IMG/VR virus record: IMGVR_UViG_3300007511_000019
DNA length: 64,000 bases
DNA from: a virus
Direction: 5' to 3' (one strand)
Position numbers and translations under genes: made by a program
Notes under the pieces: model-generated
What the model was told of the DNA's origin: nothing
The model's database searches: none
The model's input: only the letters and a program-made list of their open reading frames with translations
Shown here: positions 1 through 9,118 of the stretch, piece by piece
Layout of the letters: each line of letters opens with the position of its first letter
Numbering within the stretch: the first letter of the stretch is position 1

Positions 1-20
1 CTAGTGAAGCCAAGAAACCC

Positions 21-488
21 TTGCTAGACAAGGTTACGGCCAGCAACGTGCACTGGACGGCATACGTTATGCCCCGCAATGCCTGGGAAGGTATTAAGGC
101 GATTCTATACGAGTACGAGCGGAACTTCCTCGACGGGCGACACTATTCCAAGCGACCCCATGAGCACATCCGAACCTTCATGCGAGGATTGGTGCAGAAC
201 GCCGTGGCTCCGCGTGGTCCCCGACCCTTTACGGCTGGCACTTGGTGCGGTCTAGGGGCGGAAATGCTTCAACGAGGCAGCAAATGGCCGAGCGGGCAAG
301 ACGCCTGTACGGCCCTTGCCTGCTTCAACAAAGGATTATGCAAAGTGCATACGGTGGTCAACCGCGTGCAATACACTGGTCGCCATGGAATCCACGGCAC
401 TGACCAGAATTGGAAGGCATGGGGCTACGACGATGTCAAGCTTGACGTCTTCCCCGACGATACTGACCGCAAGGAATTTACGGCATGA
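21..488 (+). CDS. hypothetical protein, possibly truncated at the 5' end by the window edge
   Basis: The ORF is open from the window start with a + strand codon pattern consistent with its neighbours. No recognisable motifs were found. Confidence 0.3.
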   Translation: MLDKVTASNVHWTAYVMPRNAWEGIKAILYEYERNFLDGRHYSKRPHEHIRTFMRGLVQNAVAPRGPRPFTAGTWCGLGAEMLQRGSKWPSGQDACTALACFNKGLCKVHTVVNRVQYTGRHGIHGTDQNWKAWGYDDVKLDVFPDDTDRKEFTA

Positions 489-1525
489 CGACCAGAGCAT
501 TATTGACAGGTGTCGGCGGATTCATCGGGTCGCACACCGCCCAGTGGATTTTGGAACATACCGACTGGGACCTGGTCGGAATCGATAGCTGGCAACTCCG
601 ACATCGAAGCAGCCCGTCGCGACTGCAGGCCGTTCAAAAAAACGTAACACCAGAGCAATGGGATCGTCTCAAGCTAATGCAATGGGATTTATCCCACGAA
701 TTCACAACCCCATTCCGTAACGAACTATTTGACGCCGGACCGATTGACTACTGGATTAACATGGCCAGCGATAGCCATGTTGCTCGCTCTATTGACCGCC
801 CAGGGGCTTGCTGGCTGAACAACGTACACCTGGTCTACAACATGTTGGAACTGGCTCGCGTTGGCAAGCCGCGAGTTTTTATACAGGTTAGCACTGACGA
901 GGTTTACGGCGACTCCGGCTGGAGTGGGCCTGGTCACGCAGAGTGGTCTTCAATGCTGCCTAGCAACCCTTACGCAGCAAGCAAGGCAGCTCAAGAGGCT
1001 CTTGCCACATCTTACTGGCGAACGTACAACGTTCCCGTGGTAATCACCAATACCATGAACGCAGTAGGTGAGTGGCAAGATCCAGAGAAATTCTTGCCAA
1101 TGGTTATCAACAGGCTTACCAACGACAAACCAATCGTGCTGCACGGTGAGTCGGATAACAAACTGGCTAGGCGAGTTTGGCTCGACGCAAAAAACATGGC
1201 GGCGGCACTAGTCTATATCTGTAAACAGGGCCCACCGACTGCTTTCCGGCACCCAGAAGACCGCCCCGATCGATTTCACATAATCGGAGAGACTGAGCTT
1301 AATGTAGGCGAGCTTGTGCACAGAGTGGCGGGCAAGCTAGGTGTGGTCGCCAAAACACGACTGGTACACGGCGACACTGTTCGACCCGGATACGATCGCC
1401 GATACGCACTGCAAGACAACTTATTGCGAGCGAGCGGGTTTAACTACCCGTTCGAACTAGACACAACACTAGACCGTATCATCGAGTGGGTACGGGCGAA
1501 TCCTAACTGGATTTATGAGGACTGA
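485..1525 (+). CDS. NAD-dependent epimerase/dehydratase (NDP-hexose 4,6-dehydratase-like SDR)
   Basis: The N-terminal Rossmann motif is TGVGGFIGSH. A YxxxK-like catalytic region (YAASKAAQE) is present. Length and layout match dTDP-glucose 4,6-dehydratase / UDP-sugar epimerase family enzymes. Confidence 0.75.
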   Translation: MTTRALLTGVGGFIGSHTAQWILEHTDWDLVGIDSWQLRHRSSPSRLQAVQKNVTPEQWDRLKLMQWDLSHEFTTPFRNELFDAGPIDYWINMASDSHVARSIDRPGACWLNNVHLVYNMLELARVGKPRVFIQVSTDEVYGDSGWSGPGHAEWSSMLPSNPYAASKAAQEALATSYWRTYNVPVVITNTMNAVGEWQDPEKFLPMVINRLTNDKPIVLHGESDNKLARRVWLDAKNMAAALVYICKQGPPTAFRHPEDRPDRFHIIGETELNVGELVHRVAGKLGVVAKTRLVHGDTVRPGYDRRYALQDNLLRASGFNYPFELDTTLDRIIEWVRANPNWIYED

Positions 1526-1527
1526 TT

Positions 1528-2154
1528 ATGAGCAACCCCTATGTAGTGGTTGAAGAGTTTGAGCGAGAGGTGGCCAAGTACTGCGGTGCCCCTTATGCGG
1601 TGGCAGTCGATAGTTGCACCCACGCCCTCTTTCTCTGCTGCAAACACGAACACGTAGACAAACAACCTTACATCAAAATTCCGAAGCGGACCTATGTGTC
1701 TGTACCTTGCGAGATCATTCATGCAGGCGGCCGCGTCCGCTTCGCCGACTGGACCTGGTCTGGTGAATACCAGCTTGGTGACACCTGTATTTGGGATTCG
1801 GCCAAGAGATTCACCAGCGGCATGTTCGTACCTGGTCGTATGCAATGCCTGTCCTTCCACTTCTCCAAAATCCTCAACGCCGGTCGCGGTGGTATGATTC
1901 TTCACGACGATCCGGACGCCGATCGGTGGCTCCGTGAAGCTCGCTTTTCGGGACGACATCCGGAGGTGCCACTACGAGAGGATGATATCGAAATGGTGGG
2001 CTGGCACTACACGCTCGACCCTGTCTTCGCAGCAGCAGGCCTTCTACGGCTGAGTCGTTTGCCGGATTACAATGCCGATCAACAGGAAATCTACCCAGAC
2101 CTCTCTCAATTTGCGTGCTTCCAGGGGATGACCGATGAAGTTTCAGCGAGTTAG
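1528..2154 (+). CDS. compact DegT/DnrJ/EryC1/StrS-like PLP-dependent sugar aminotransferase/dehydratase (208 aa)
   Basis: FEREVAKYCGAPYAVAVDSCTHALFL matches the N-terminal DegT block. SFHFSKIL matches the PLP-lysine block (SFHxxK). GWHYTLDPVFAAAGLLRL matches the C-terminal Y-N-L block. The protein is about 170 aa shorter than canonical members. Confidence 0.55.
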   Translation: MSNPYVVVEEFEREVAKYCGAPYAVAVDSCTHALFLCCKHEHVDKQPYIKIPKRTYVSVPCEIIHAGGRVRFADWTWSGEYQLGDTCIWDSAKRFTSGMFVPGRMQCLSFHFSKILNAGRGGMILHDDPDADRWLREARFSGRHPEVPLREDDIEMVGWHYTLDPVFAAAGLLRLSRLPDYNADQQEIYPDLSQFACFQGMTDEVSAS

Positions 2155-2692
2155 CATGGCTATGGGAATTGAGGGGCTGACAACAGTCAAAGAACTCGAA
2201 TTCCTATATGACACGATTCTAAACGAGGTTCCAATTATCGGGTTGGTGGTAGAGCTAGGAACCTTCAAAGGCCGCTCCACCGCCGCTATTTGCGGAGCTG
2301 TAGTCGATCGACCTGGTCACCTATTTGTGATCGGCATCGATCATTTCAAGATGCAGCACCACGGCAAGAATGACCTGTGGACTACCCACAACAACCTGGC
2401 GGCACTGGGGTACTTTCCCGGACTTATGCGAGCCGAATCCACCAAACCTCAGCCCTCCATCAAACAAGTCTCAGCACTGATCATCGATACCGATCACAAG
2501 GCGTCGGTCCTAAACAAAGAGCTAGATGAGTGGCTGCCTAAGATCGTCGATGGTGGTGTGATCATCTTGCATGACTACGGTAGTGCTAAATGGCCCGAGA
2601 TCACCGACGTGGTAGACCAGAGGCTAACCAACAGCTCTGACTGGGAACTTCTCGGCCTGGCCGGGATGATGGTCGCTTTTAGAAAGCTATAA
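2135..2692 (+). CDS. class I SAM-dependent methyltransferase, TylF/MycF-like (macrocin-O-methyltransferase family)
   Basis: The motif GLVVELGTFKGRST resembles the TylF-family SAM-binding glycine-rich block. Downstream acidic residues are present (IDTDH). Confidence 0.55.
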   Translation: MKFQRVSMAMGIEGLTTVKELEFLYDTILNEVPIIGLVVELGTFKGRSTAAICGAVVDRPGHLFVIGIDHFKMQHHGKNDLWTTHNNLAALGYFPGLMRAESTKPQPSIKQVSALIIDTDHKASVLNKELDEWLPKIVDGGVIILHDYGSAKWPEITDVVDQRLTNSSDWELLGLAGMMVAFRKL

Positions 2693-2693
2693 C

Positions 2694-3545
2694 ATGACCG
2701 ACTACCGTTTGCCCGAGGGCAACGCTGAGTTCTGGGAACAACGTATCCAGAAACATGCCAACTCTTCCGACTCTTCCTGGGCTGACATTTTTGCCGTAGA
2801 GAAAGAGCGGGAGTCGTTGATCAGATGGTTGACCCCTTGGCTAACCCCCTACCCGATCACACTCGAGCCTACGCGGGCGTCTGTGATCCGACAAATCGAC
2901 TCATTTCTAGACGCTGGCTGCAACAACGGGCACTCTACTGCGGTTTACCGCAAGAATTTTCCCGAAATTGATTTTTACGGCTGTGATCTAAACCAGCAAG
3001 CGATCGATATAGCCTCAGCCGATTGCCCCAACTACTTCCAGCACGACGTTTGCGAACCCTTTGATCGGCAATGGGACGCCGTGTATACGTCTCGCGTTCT
3101 CTGTAACCTAGGCACTCGAGCCAGACAACATCAGGCGATCAAGAACCTAGCCGATGCAAGCCGCAAGCAGCTGATATTGCAGGAGCCTATTGGCGAGGGG
3201 TTCCGTACGCTGAATGCATTTCGAGTTGAGGTCGGGCTACCTGCGTTACAGATGCCGGAGCAAAATCTCTATCTTAATGGCGAGTTGACAACAAAGTGGC
3301 TACATGACCTAGGCTTTCGCCTGCTTGCTAGGCCATACGACAACCACAGCACCTACTTCGCTATCACCCGCGTTCTCAAGGACAAGTTGAACGTACCTGT
3401 TGCTGGGCAGGCATACACTTCTCAAATCAATAAGCTCGCCGCGTTACTGCCCAGCGTTGGCCAGTTTAGTCCTCACCGGTTTATGGTGTTTTACAATGAC
3501 CGCGAAACTGACGATGGGGTTGCTGACACACCGTCGGCCCAATAA
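2694..3545 (+). CDS. class I SAM-dependent methyltransferase
   Basis: Motif I is LDAGCNNGHS, post-I is YGCDLN, and motif II is DAVYTSRVL. Confidence 0.6.
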   Translation: MTDYRLPEGNAEFWEQRIQKHANSSDSSWADIFAVEKERESLIRWLTPWLTPYPITLEPTRASVIRQIDSFLDAGCNNGHSTAVYRKNFPEIDFYGCDLNQQAIDIASADCPNYFQHDVCEPFDRQWDAVYTSRVLCNLGTRARQHQAIKNLADASRKQLILQEPIGEGFRTLNAFRVEVGLPALQMPEQNLYLNGELTTKWLHDLGFRLLARPYDNHSTYFAITRVLKDKLNVPVAGQAYTSQINKLAALLPSVGQFSPHRFMVFYNDRETDDGVADTPSAQ

Positions 3546-4161
3546 CGTACGACGCGTTGTGAACAGTGTAGCAGCCCAAAGCTGTTCACCGGCTATCTGG
3601 ATGTGGAACAACTCTCCTGACAAGCTTCCTAGCGACCTTGTTGCTAGGTGCGATACGATTATTCGTAGCAGCCGCAATCTGCGGTGCGGAGCTTGGGCCA
3701 GCATGATGGCTCTTTGTGACACCGAGTTCGTTGGCAAAATTGACGACGACCTATCGCTGGCCGATCCGGCAGTCTTGCAGGATTGTTTGGGCTTCTTGGC
3801 CAAGCAGGACGACGATGTCATTATCGGGTCTCACGGGATTGTTCTCGAACCCGACAAGACCTACCGAGAGAGCCCCGGCGTCAACCTACCTAAGGTCGAC
3901 TCGCCGGTGGACATAGTCAAAGGCAGATTTTGGATAGCCCGTAGATCCGCCTTACTCAAAGCACCATTCGGGGCGATTGCCCACGATGGCGACGTGAGCT
4001 GGCCCGGCTTCTTGGCCAACGGAAGAAAGTGTTTTCACTGCGTTCCGGGCATGCTTCACGGTCGCTTTCACAATTTACCCGAAGGAAAGGAAGCGGTGTC
4101 GAGCGGACAGGGGCATTACGAGCGGCGAGAAGTTATTCGTCGTCAATGGTTTCCTTTCTAG
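3497..4161 (+). CDS. glycosyltransferase family 2-like (start chosen at the internal ATG; the tracker ORF begins at 3400)
   Basis: LTMGLLTHRRPNNVRRVVNSVAAQS resembles the GT2 N-terminal block. There is a DXD motif (KIDDDLSL). The 3400 start would overlap the upstream methyltransferase by 145 nt. Confidence 0.45.
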
Positions 4162-4170
4162 GGCACTACG

Positions 4171-4449
4171 ATGACAGATTACGATGCACAGTTAGGGCGG
4201 CACAAGCTCGCCACCCTGAAAGCACAGGATCGAATAAAGCGGCGTTGCCAAGCAATGCATGCAACCATGCAGTCGATCATTGACAATCTTGTAGACGGCT
4301 CTGATACTCGCGAAATACTATACAGTTCCCTGCGAAAGATCCAGGAGTCTGCCGATATGCTTTACGAAGAAGCTTGCTACTACCATACGCCTCGCCTTGA
4401 GTTGCGAGTGGCCAAACTCGAAACCATTATCGACGGACTGATCCAATGA
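4171..4449 (+). CDS. hypothetical protein
   Basis: The ORF is 92 aa and is coupled to the next gene by an ATGA overlap at 4446. Confidence 0.4.
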   Translation: MTDYDAQLGRHKLATLKAQDRIKRRCQAMHATMQSIIDNLVDGSDTREILYSSLRKIQESADMLYEEACYYHTPRLELRVAKLETIIDGLIQ

Positions 4450-4943
4450 ACGCTTTCACTCTTATTCTGTTGTTCGGAGCCAGTGGTCACGGCATGCCTT
4501 CGTTGATCATCCACGATCACTTCGATCGATTGGAGATCAACCATGTGTATGACGATGCTGGCCGTTGGCAGCTGACCCAGTTGCTGTGCTGTGACTTCAA
4601 AGAGATCTACCTGGACGCGAAGCAGCGGGAATACCTGGACGGCCCGCTTTGGTATCAGAAAAAGAATGGCCAGTTACCGCGAAGATATGTGGTACAGCAC
4701 TGGCATATGATCAGGGTCGACAAACCGGCTCTGTATCCGCACAAAGCCAAATCTGGGCTGTACACGATGATTTATCACGACAACAGCGGCGTGTTACGGA
4801 AGGTCACTGCACCAGTGTACGAAGAGACCCACACTGCTTTCGACCCCGAAGTCTGGGAACGTAGGATTTGGAGCAAGGATTCGAAACGTAGGGGCCTATC
4901 TGACGTGATTACTAAAGTAGCCCGCACGGCTACTTCCAACTGA
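4446..4943 (+). CDS. hypothetical protein
   Basis: The ORF is 165 aa and is ATGA-coupled to the preceding gene. Confidence 0.4.
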   Translation: MNAFTLILLFGASGHGMPSLIIHDHFDRLEINHVYDDAGRWQLTQLLCCDFKEIYLDAKQREYLDGPLWYQKKNGQLPRRYVVQHWHMIRVDKPALYPHKAKSGLYTMIYHDNSGVLRKVTAPVYEETHTAFDPEVWERRIWSKDSKRRGLSDVITKVARTATSN

Positions 4944-4982
4944 CCAAGGGCGGTCTTCGACTAACGAGTTCTAGGAATTCAA

Positions 4983-5459
4983 ATGTACGAGACCCAAACA
5001 AACGTGTCTTCTGGCGTGAACGTGTATCTGTCCGGACCTATTACCGGTGAGGGCTACGACACGGTCACTGACTGGCGAAAAGAAACATCTGACGTTCTAG
5101 CGGGCTACGGAATTACAGCCCTGTCGCCGTTACGACACAAACACTACTTGGCAGGCGAGACTGAGATTGCTCCCTCGTACGAGGAGCACACGATGTCTAA
5201 GCAAAAGTCCATCACTAACCGCGATCGGTGGGATGTGATGCGGTCCGACGTAGTGTTTGTTAACTTGCTCAACACCAATCGCATCTCAATCGGCACGGTG
5301 ATGGAAATCGCCTGGGCTGATGCTTTCCGTAAACCAATCGTCTTGGTGATGGAGCAGGACGGGATGCATTCTCACCCACTCCTCGAGGAGGTCTGTGCGT
5401 TTCATATCGAGACGCTAGAAGAAGGTATCGAGGTTTTGAAGGGCCTTCTGGTCCCGTAA
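4983..5459 (+). CDS. nucleoside 2-deoxyribosyltransferase-like / SLOG-fold protein
   Basis: The N-terminal VYLSGPITG motif is present. The C-terminal block DVMRSDVVFVNL...ISIGTVMEIAWADAFRKPIVLV matches the NDT/LOG-like signature (D..D....SD....DSGT.fElG.A.A.gKPv). Confidence 0.5.
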   Translation: MYETQTNVSSGVNVYLSGPITGEGYDTVTDWRKETSDVLAGYGITALSPLRHKHYLAGETEIAPSYEEHTMSKQKSITNRDRWDVMRSDVVFVNLLNTNRISIGTVMEIAWADAFRKPIVLVMEQDGMHSHPLLEEVCAFHIETLEEGIEVLKGLLVP

Positions 5460-5467
5460 AGGACAAC

Positions 5468-6292
5468 ATGTTTGAACGATTTACCGACAGAGCACACCAT
5501 AGCTTCACCGAAGCCAAGCGTTTTGCCAAACGCCTGCGGCACGAGTACATCGGCGTAGAGCATGTCGTGTACGGTCTGCTCAAAAGCGGTGGCATTGCCC
5601 AGACCGTGCTCAACAACGCTAATGTCTTTGCCGGAGATGTCGAACGATTTATGGCTGCTCGGCTTGGCGACGGTCCTAGCTATATAGTCTATGTGGACAG
5701 CCTACCGAGGACTCCTCGCTGTAAACGTGTGACGGACAAGGCGATAACCTACTCAAGTGACGTGGATGGTCTGTACGTAGGAACTGAGCATCTGCTACTG
5801 GCTATACTGGACGAAGAAGACAGTATGTGGCTTGATCTGCTTAGCAAAGTAGGCTCACGGACTGTTGAGCAGCTTCGCATGGACGTTAGACTGTCGCCCA
5901 GTTCAGCGAAGCCGGTCACCTACATGTTTGGCGTATTTGACCCATTTCACGTGGGTCATTACATGCAGTTGGAGCGTGCTGCCGAGTTGGGCAGCAGCCT
6001 GATAGTCGGCGTCCAGTCTGACGCTGCCGTCGAGAACGAGCATGGAAACCCGCCGCTCTTGACACTTTCATCGCGTAGGCGGCTGCTTAACGCGTTGCCT
6101 GTTGTAGATGCAACGGTAACCTATACCGAACCCGACCAGTCCAGTGTACTTAGCGTTTTAGCTCCGAGCATCTTTGTCTGCGACCCGCTTTACGATCAGG
6201 AGCAAACTCTGGCATACTGCAAAGACAATAACATCCGCGTTGAGCGAATGTTGTCGGAATCGGTGCCATGTAATCCTCGTTCGATGTCGTAA
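5468..6292 (+). CDS. fusion of a Clp N-terminal repeat domain and a cytidylyltransferase-like nucleotidyltransferase
   Basis: Residues 1-140 contain two Clp_N repeats (YIGVEHVVYGLLKSGGIAQTVL and YVGTEHLLLAILDEEDSMWLDLL). The C-terminal half has GVFDPFHVGHYMQLERAAELGSSLIVGV, matching the (H/T)xGH motif of glycerol-3-phosphate cytidylyltransferase / RfaE domain II enzymes. Confidence 0.65.
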   Translation: MFERFTDRAHHSFTEAKRFAKRLRHEYIGVEHVVYGLLKSGGIAQTVLNNANVFAGDVERFMAARLGDGPSYIVYVDSLPRTPRCKRVTDKAITYSSDVDGLYVGTEHLLLAILDEEDSMWLDLLSKVGSRTVEQLRMDVRLSPSSAKPVTYMFGVFDPFHVGHYMQLERAAELGSSLIVGVQSDAAVENEHGNPPLLTLSSRRRLLNALPVVDATVTYTEPDQSSVLSVLAPSIFVCDPLYDQEQTLAYCKDNNIRVERMLSESVPCNPRSMS

Positions 6293-6306
6293 GCCCTATA
6301 CGGCTT

Positions 6307-6340
6307 CACACCGCCCTGATGGTATACTAGGGGCGGTGTG
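6307..6340 (+). terminator. 10-bp GC-rich hairpin (CACACCGCCC / GGGCGGTGTG) 15 nt after the 5468-6292 stop; the loop carries an extended -10-like TGGTATACT
   Basis: Perfect inverted repeat at 6307-6316 and 6331-6340. There is no strong U-tract, so its role as a terminator is tentative. Confidence 0.35.
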
Positions 6341-6619
6341 AGTTGGAGTGGTTTGAGTGCGGTCAGTAACAACCACTCTTAGCCGCTGTTGGTTTTGCAT
6401 AGTGGGGCCAACTTTGGCGACGGTCTCCCTTACCCCGCACGTAGACCGTTCTGGTAGTTAGTGGACGACGGCCTTATGGCCTCGAGGGTTTTTGCGTAAG
6501 GGCGTATCCTCCCCTTGAAATCGAACGGCGTTATAACCTGTGATACGGAGCCTTTGGGGTTCGTTGCTTACCTGAAAGCTTAAACGGTCAGGGTGTGACT
6601 ACCTAGCACCATTTTTATT

Positions 6620-6931
6620 ATGAACAAACCAAAACAAGACGAACTCAATCGAATGGCCATGTGCACTACACGTGGGCTAATCGAGGCTGTACTACACCGG
6701 TTTGCAGAAAACCTGGGGCCAGATTTAGCCGCTCCGGAGACCCCCGACTCCCTCCGCAAACTCGAGAAGTCTATTCAACAAGGAGCCGAATTCGTAGACC
6801 GGTTAGAGAACTCTTTCCAGGTCAACCCACAAGGTACCCATTGTCGTTTTACGCTACACTATCCTGGCACCGACCTGGATTTTGACTTCGAAGGGAAGCT
6901 CGTGGTCAACTCGCTCCCTAGCTCTGAATAA
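6620..6931 (+). CDS. hypothetical protein
   Basis: The ORF is 103 aa with an AT-rich leader and no obvious Shine-Dalgarno sequence. Confidence 0.35.
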   Translation: MNKPKQDELNRMAMCTTRGLIEAVLHRFAENLGPDLAAPETPDSLRKLEKSIQQGAEFVDRLENSFQVNPQGTHCRFTLHYPGTDLDFDFEGKLVVNSLPSSE

Positions 6932-7021
6932 CGTGGCGAAACGTGTCATAATGAAATGATACGCCCCCAATTATGTCGGGACGATTTCCCCCTTATTCCT
7001 TAGCTAGGAGCTACGAGGAAC

Positions 7022-7567
7022 ATGACCACACGACCCCAGATGATTTATGTCGGTACGGAAGAGAATGCCAAGGCCGGGATCCTGACCCACGGCATTTTGG
7101 AAACCACAATGGAGAAGGCCAACGCAGCCGTTGAGGCACTGCAGGCCCTTCGACAATCCGTCAACAACCTTACGTTGTGTTGCGAGGCCACAGACCTCGC
7201 GGCCTGTCGGGACATCATCGACGGTGCCATCGACGAGATCAACGCCATGGCCGACGCGACGTCAACGACACTGGCGACAGCACTCGCGGCGGAGAGCCCG
7301 CATCGGCAAGGCCTAGCGGAACTAATGACCGAACGGCTTGGCGGACTCATGACGATGCTCAACAGCGGCGGCGGATCGAACACGGGCAGAAGCCTGAGTC
7401 TGGCTGAACTCTTTGGCCCGGGTACCGTGATCGAAGAACCTACTGCCCAGGACGGCTCATCGCAGCTTTCGCCAACCATGTCTTCGGAAACCTCCGAAGA
7501 TGGTGCGTCCTCGGACACTAGCGACCAAGCGGTTGACCCCAACCCTGCCAACCCGGTTTCGTCGTAG
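7022..7567 (+). CDS. hypothetical protein with an acidic, disordered C-terminus
   Basis: The ORF is 181 aa. An RBS (GGAG) lies upstream. It is followed by a strong intrinsic terminator. Confidence 0.4.
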   Translation: MTTRPQMIYVGTEENAKAGILTHGILETTMEKANAAVEALQALRQSVNNLTLCCEATDLAACRDIIDGAIDEINAMADATSTTLATALAAESPHRQGLAELMTERLGGLMTMLNSGGGSNTGRSLSLAELFGPGTVIEEPTAQDGSSQLSPTMSSETSEDGASSDTSDQAVDPNPANPVSS

Positions 7568-7589
7568 CCGGTCCGGCGGTCACAACTAA

Positions 7590-7627
7590 CACCCCTGGAT
7601 TGTAAGAAATCCAGGGGTGTTTTTCTT
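7590..7627 (+). terminator. rho-independent terminator
   Basis: Perfect 11-bp stem (CACCCCTGGAT / ATCCAGGGGTG) with an 8-nt loop, followed by TTTTTCTT. Confidence 0.75.
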
Positions 7628-7631
7628 ACAT

Positions 7632-8078
7632 ATGACCAGCACAATATTGCCTCTACCTCCCTTGTTGCCGAATTTCAGGCGAGAGTTGCATCTCGACGAT
7701 GTTGCGGTAATCTTACCTGGGTTTCAAAACTACATAGACGCGGAATGGCGTGTACTGTACTCTGCAGCCATGAACGTACAGCTGCGTACGGAGTTACCTT
7801 TCTTCGACTTTACGCAGCTGTATCCAGGCACTCGGCAGTTTCGTCACTTCTGCCGAGTTATTGGTAACATAGACACCGCTTCCGCCGAGTATCAGTACGC
7901 GGCAAAAGACGCTGACAAGGTAATGGAAGATTACCGAACAGCAATGCTCGAAGCTGCCGCTGGCCAACGCCTTTCGTTTATGCAAGAGGCGTTCGACCGA
8001 ACACGGTTGGTCGGTAATATAGCTCGAGCGTACGGTAAGCTCCAAGCACTGTACGCAGACGCCCGTCTCGATCTGTAG
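7632..8078 (+). CDS. hypothetical protein (start moved to the ATG at 7632, because the tracker GTG at 7617 lies inside the terminator)
   Basis: ORF in the same frame, 148 aa. Confidence 0.35.
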   Translation: MTSTILPLPPLLPNFRRELHLDDVAVILPGFQNYIDAEWRVLYSAAMNVQLRTELPFFDFTQLYPGTRQFRHFCRVIGNIDTASAEYQYAAKDADKVMEDYRTAMLEAAAGQRLSFMQEAFDRTRLVGNIARAYGKLQALYADARLDL

Positions 8079-8098
8079 CCAGTTCCGGAGAGGTAGGG

Positions 8099-8128
8099 TA
8101 GAATCAGGTAGATCGCCACCTGATTCTA
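8099..8128 (+). promoter_or_regulatory. TAGAAT -10-like hexamer embedded in a perfect 11-bp inverted repeat (TAGAATCAGGT-N8-ACCTGATTCTA); candidate promoter/operator or 5' hairpin
   Basis: The arms are perfectly symmetrical at 8099-8109 and 8118-8128. TAGCCA lies 17 nt upstream of TAGAAT. The element sits between the stop at 8078 and the ATG at 8138. Confidence 0.5.
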
Positions 8129-8137
8129 GGAACCCAA

Positions 8138-8968
8138 ATGACTGATCCCAGTTTTGCGGTATTTGACGAAGACCGATTTCCTCCCACGAGTAACCTCGCC
8201 GAAGCATATCAGCAAGAGGTTACCTACGGATACGAGGTAATGAAGGAACGATCGGTAGTGATCGCTGGTCTCGCTCGTAACATCGAAAAGGCAGTCCCGA
8301 TAACAACCTCCCGCATTGAGCGGCTAGGAGAGCTGTTTCAGGACTACCGTGTGGTGCTTTACGAAAACGACTCTCGCGACCGTACGCCTGAATTGTTACA
8401 GGCTTGGGCTGATTCCAACTCCAGCGTAGACCTTACGTCTGAACGCCGGGGCGATCCTGTGAATCCGCAAATCCGGTGTCTAAACCGGGCAGCCCGTATG
8501 GCTCACTACCGAAATCAGTGCCGACTCAAAATTGCGGAGAAGTACCCTGACGTAGATAACGTCATCGTACTTGATACCGACCTGACTGGCGGGTGGAGCT
8601 ACGACGGCATCGCCCACACCTTTTCCAAGACCGAGGCATGGGACTTCGTTGGAAGCAACGGGATCATGTTCAAACACTTTAACGGCCAGAACAACTACCC
8701 AGTCTACTTCGACGTCTGGGCATTTCGCTGGCAAGGCACCTATCAACCTTGCTTTGCACCAAAGATCAATCCCCGACGCTGGAACCGGGGCGAAGCTTTA
8801 GTTCCGCTCTACTCCTGCTTCGGCGGGTTAGGGGTTTATCGTGTAGAGGCAATGTTGCGGTGCTCGTACGACGGTTCGGACTGCGAGCATGTCCCATTTC
8901 ACCGCAAAATGCGGGAAGCCGGAATGGGCCGTATTTTCATGAACCCGAGCCAAATCGTACTCTATTGA
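8138..8968 (+). CDS. putative glycosyltransferase (GT-A-like)
   Basis: The protein is 276 aa with a DXD-like motif (VIVLDTDLTG). Its layout loosely resembles polysaccharide glycosyl/mannosyl transferases. Support is weak. Confidence 0.3.
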   Translation: MTDPSFAVFDEDRFPPTSNLAEAYQQEVTYGYEVMKERSVVIAGLARNIEKAVPITTSRIERLGELFQDYRVVLYENDSRDRTPELLQAWADSNSSVDLTSERRGDPVNPQIRCLNRAARMAHYRNQCRLKIAEKYPDVDNVIVLDTDLTGGWSYDGIAHTFSKTEAWDFVGSNGIMFKHFNGQNNYPVYFDVWAFRWQGTYQPCFAPKINPRRWNRGEALVPLYSCFGGLGVYRVEAMLRCSYDGSDCEHVPFHRKMREAGMGRIFMNPSQIVLY

Positions 8969-9118
8969 GGAAGAGGTGCACAATGGATTTGTTCGCTACG
9001 GAAGTTGGTCAATTCCCTGACTGGCTAAAAGGTATGCTGTTCATCGTCTTCTGTATCGGTGGCAGCCGACTACTAATGTCGATCTTCAAGTCGTAACAAC
9101 GACAACACTGGAGACCAC

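Noticed and set aside
6293-6619. A tRNA or other structured RNA gene in the long non-coding gap
   Set aside because: No cloverleaf and no GTTCGA-type T-loop could be built by eye. It cannot be excluded without a tRNAscan or Infernal run.
7131-7407. Arg-rich + ORFs overlapping 7022-7567
   Set aside because: They are off-frame and of low complexity, inside a gene that has its own RBS and terminator.
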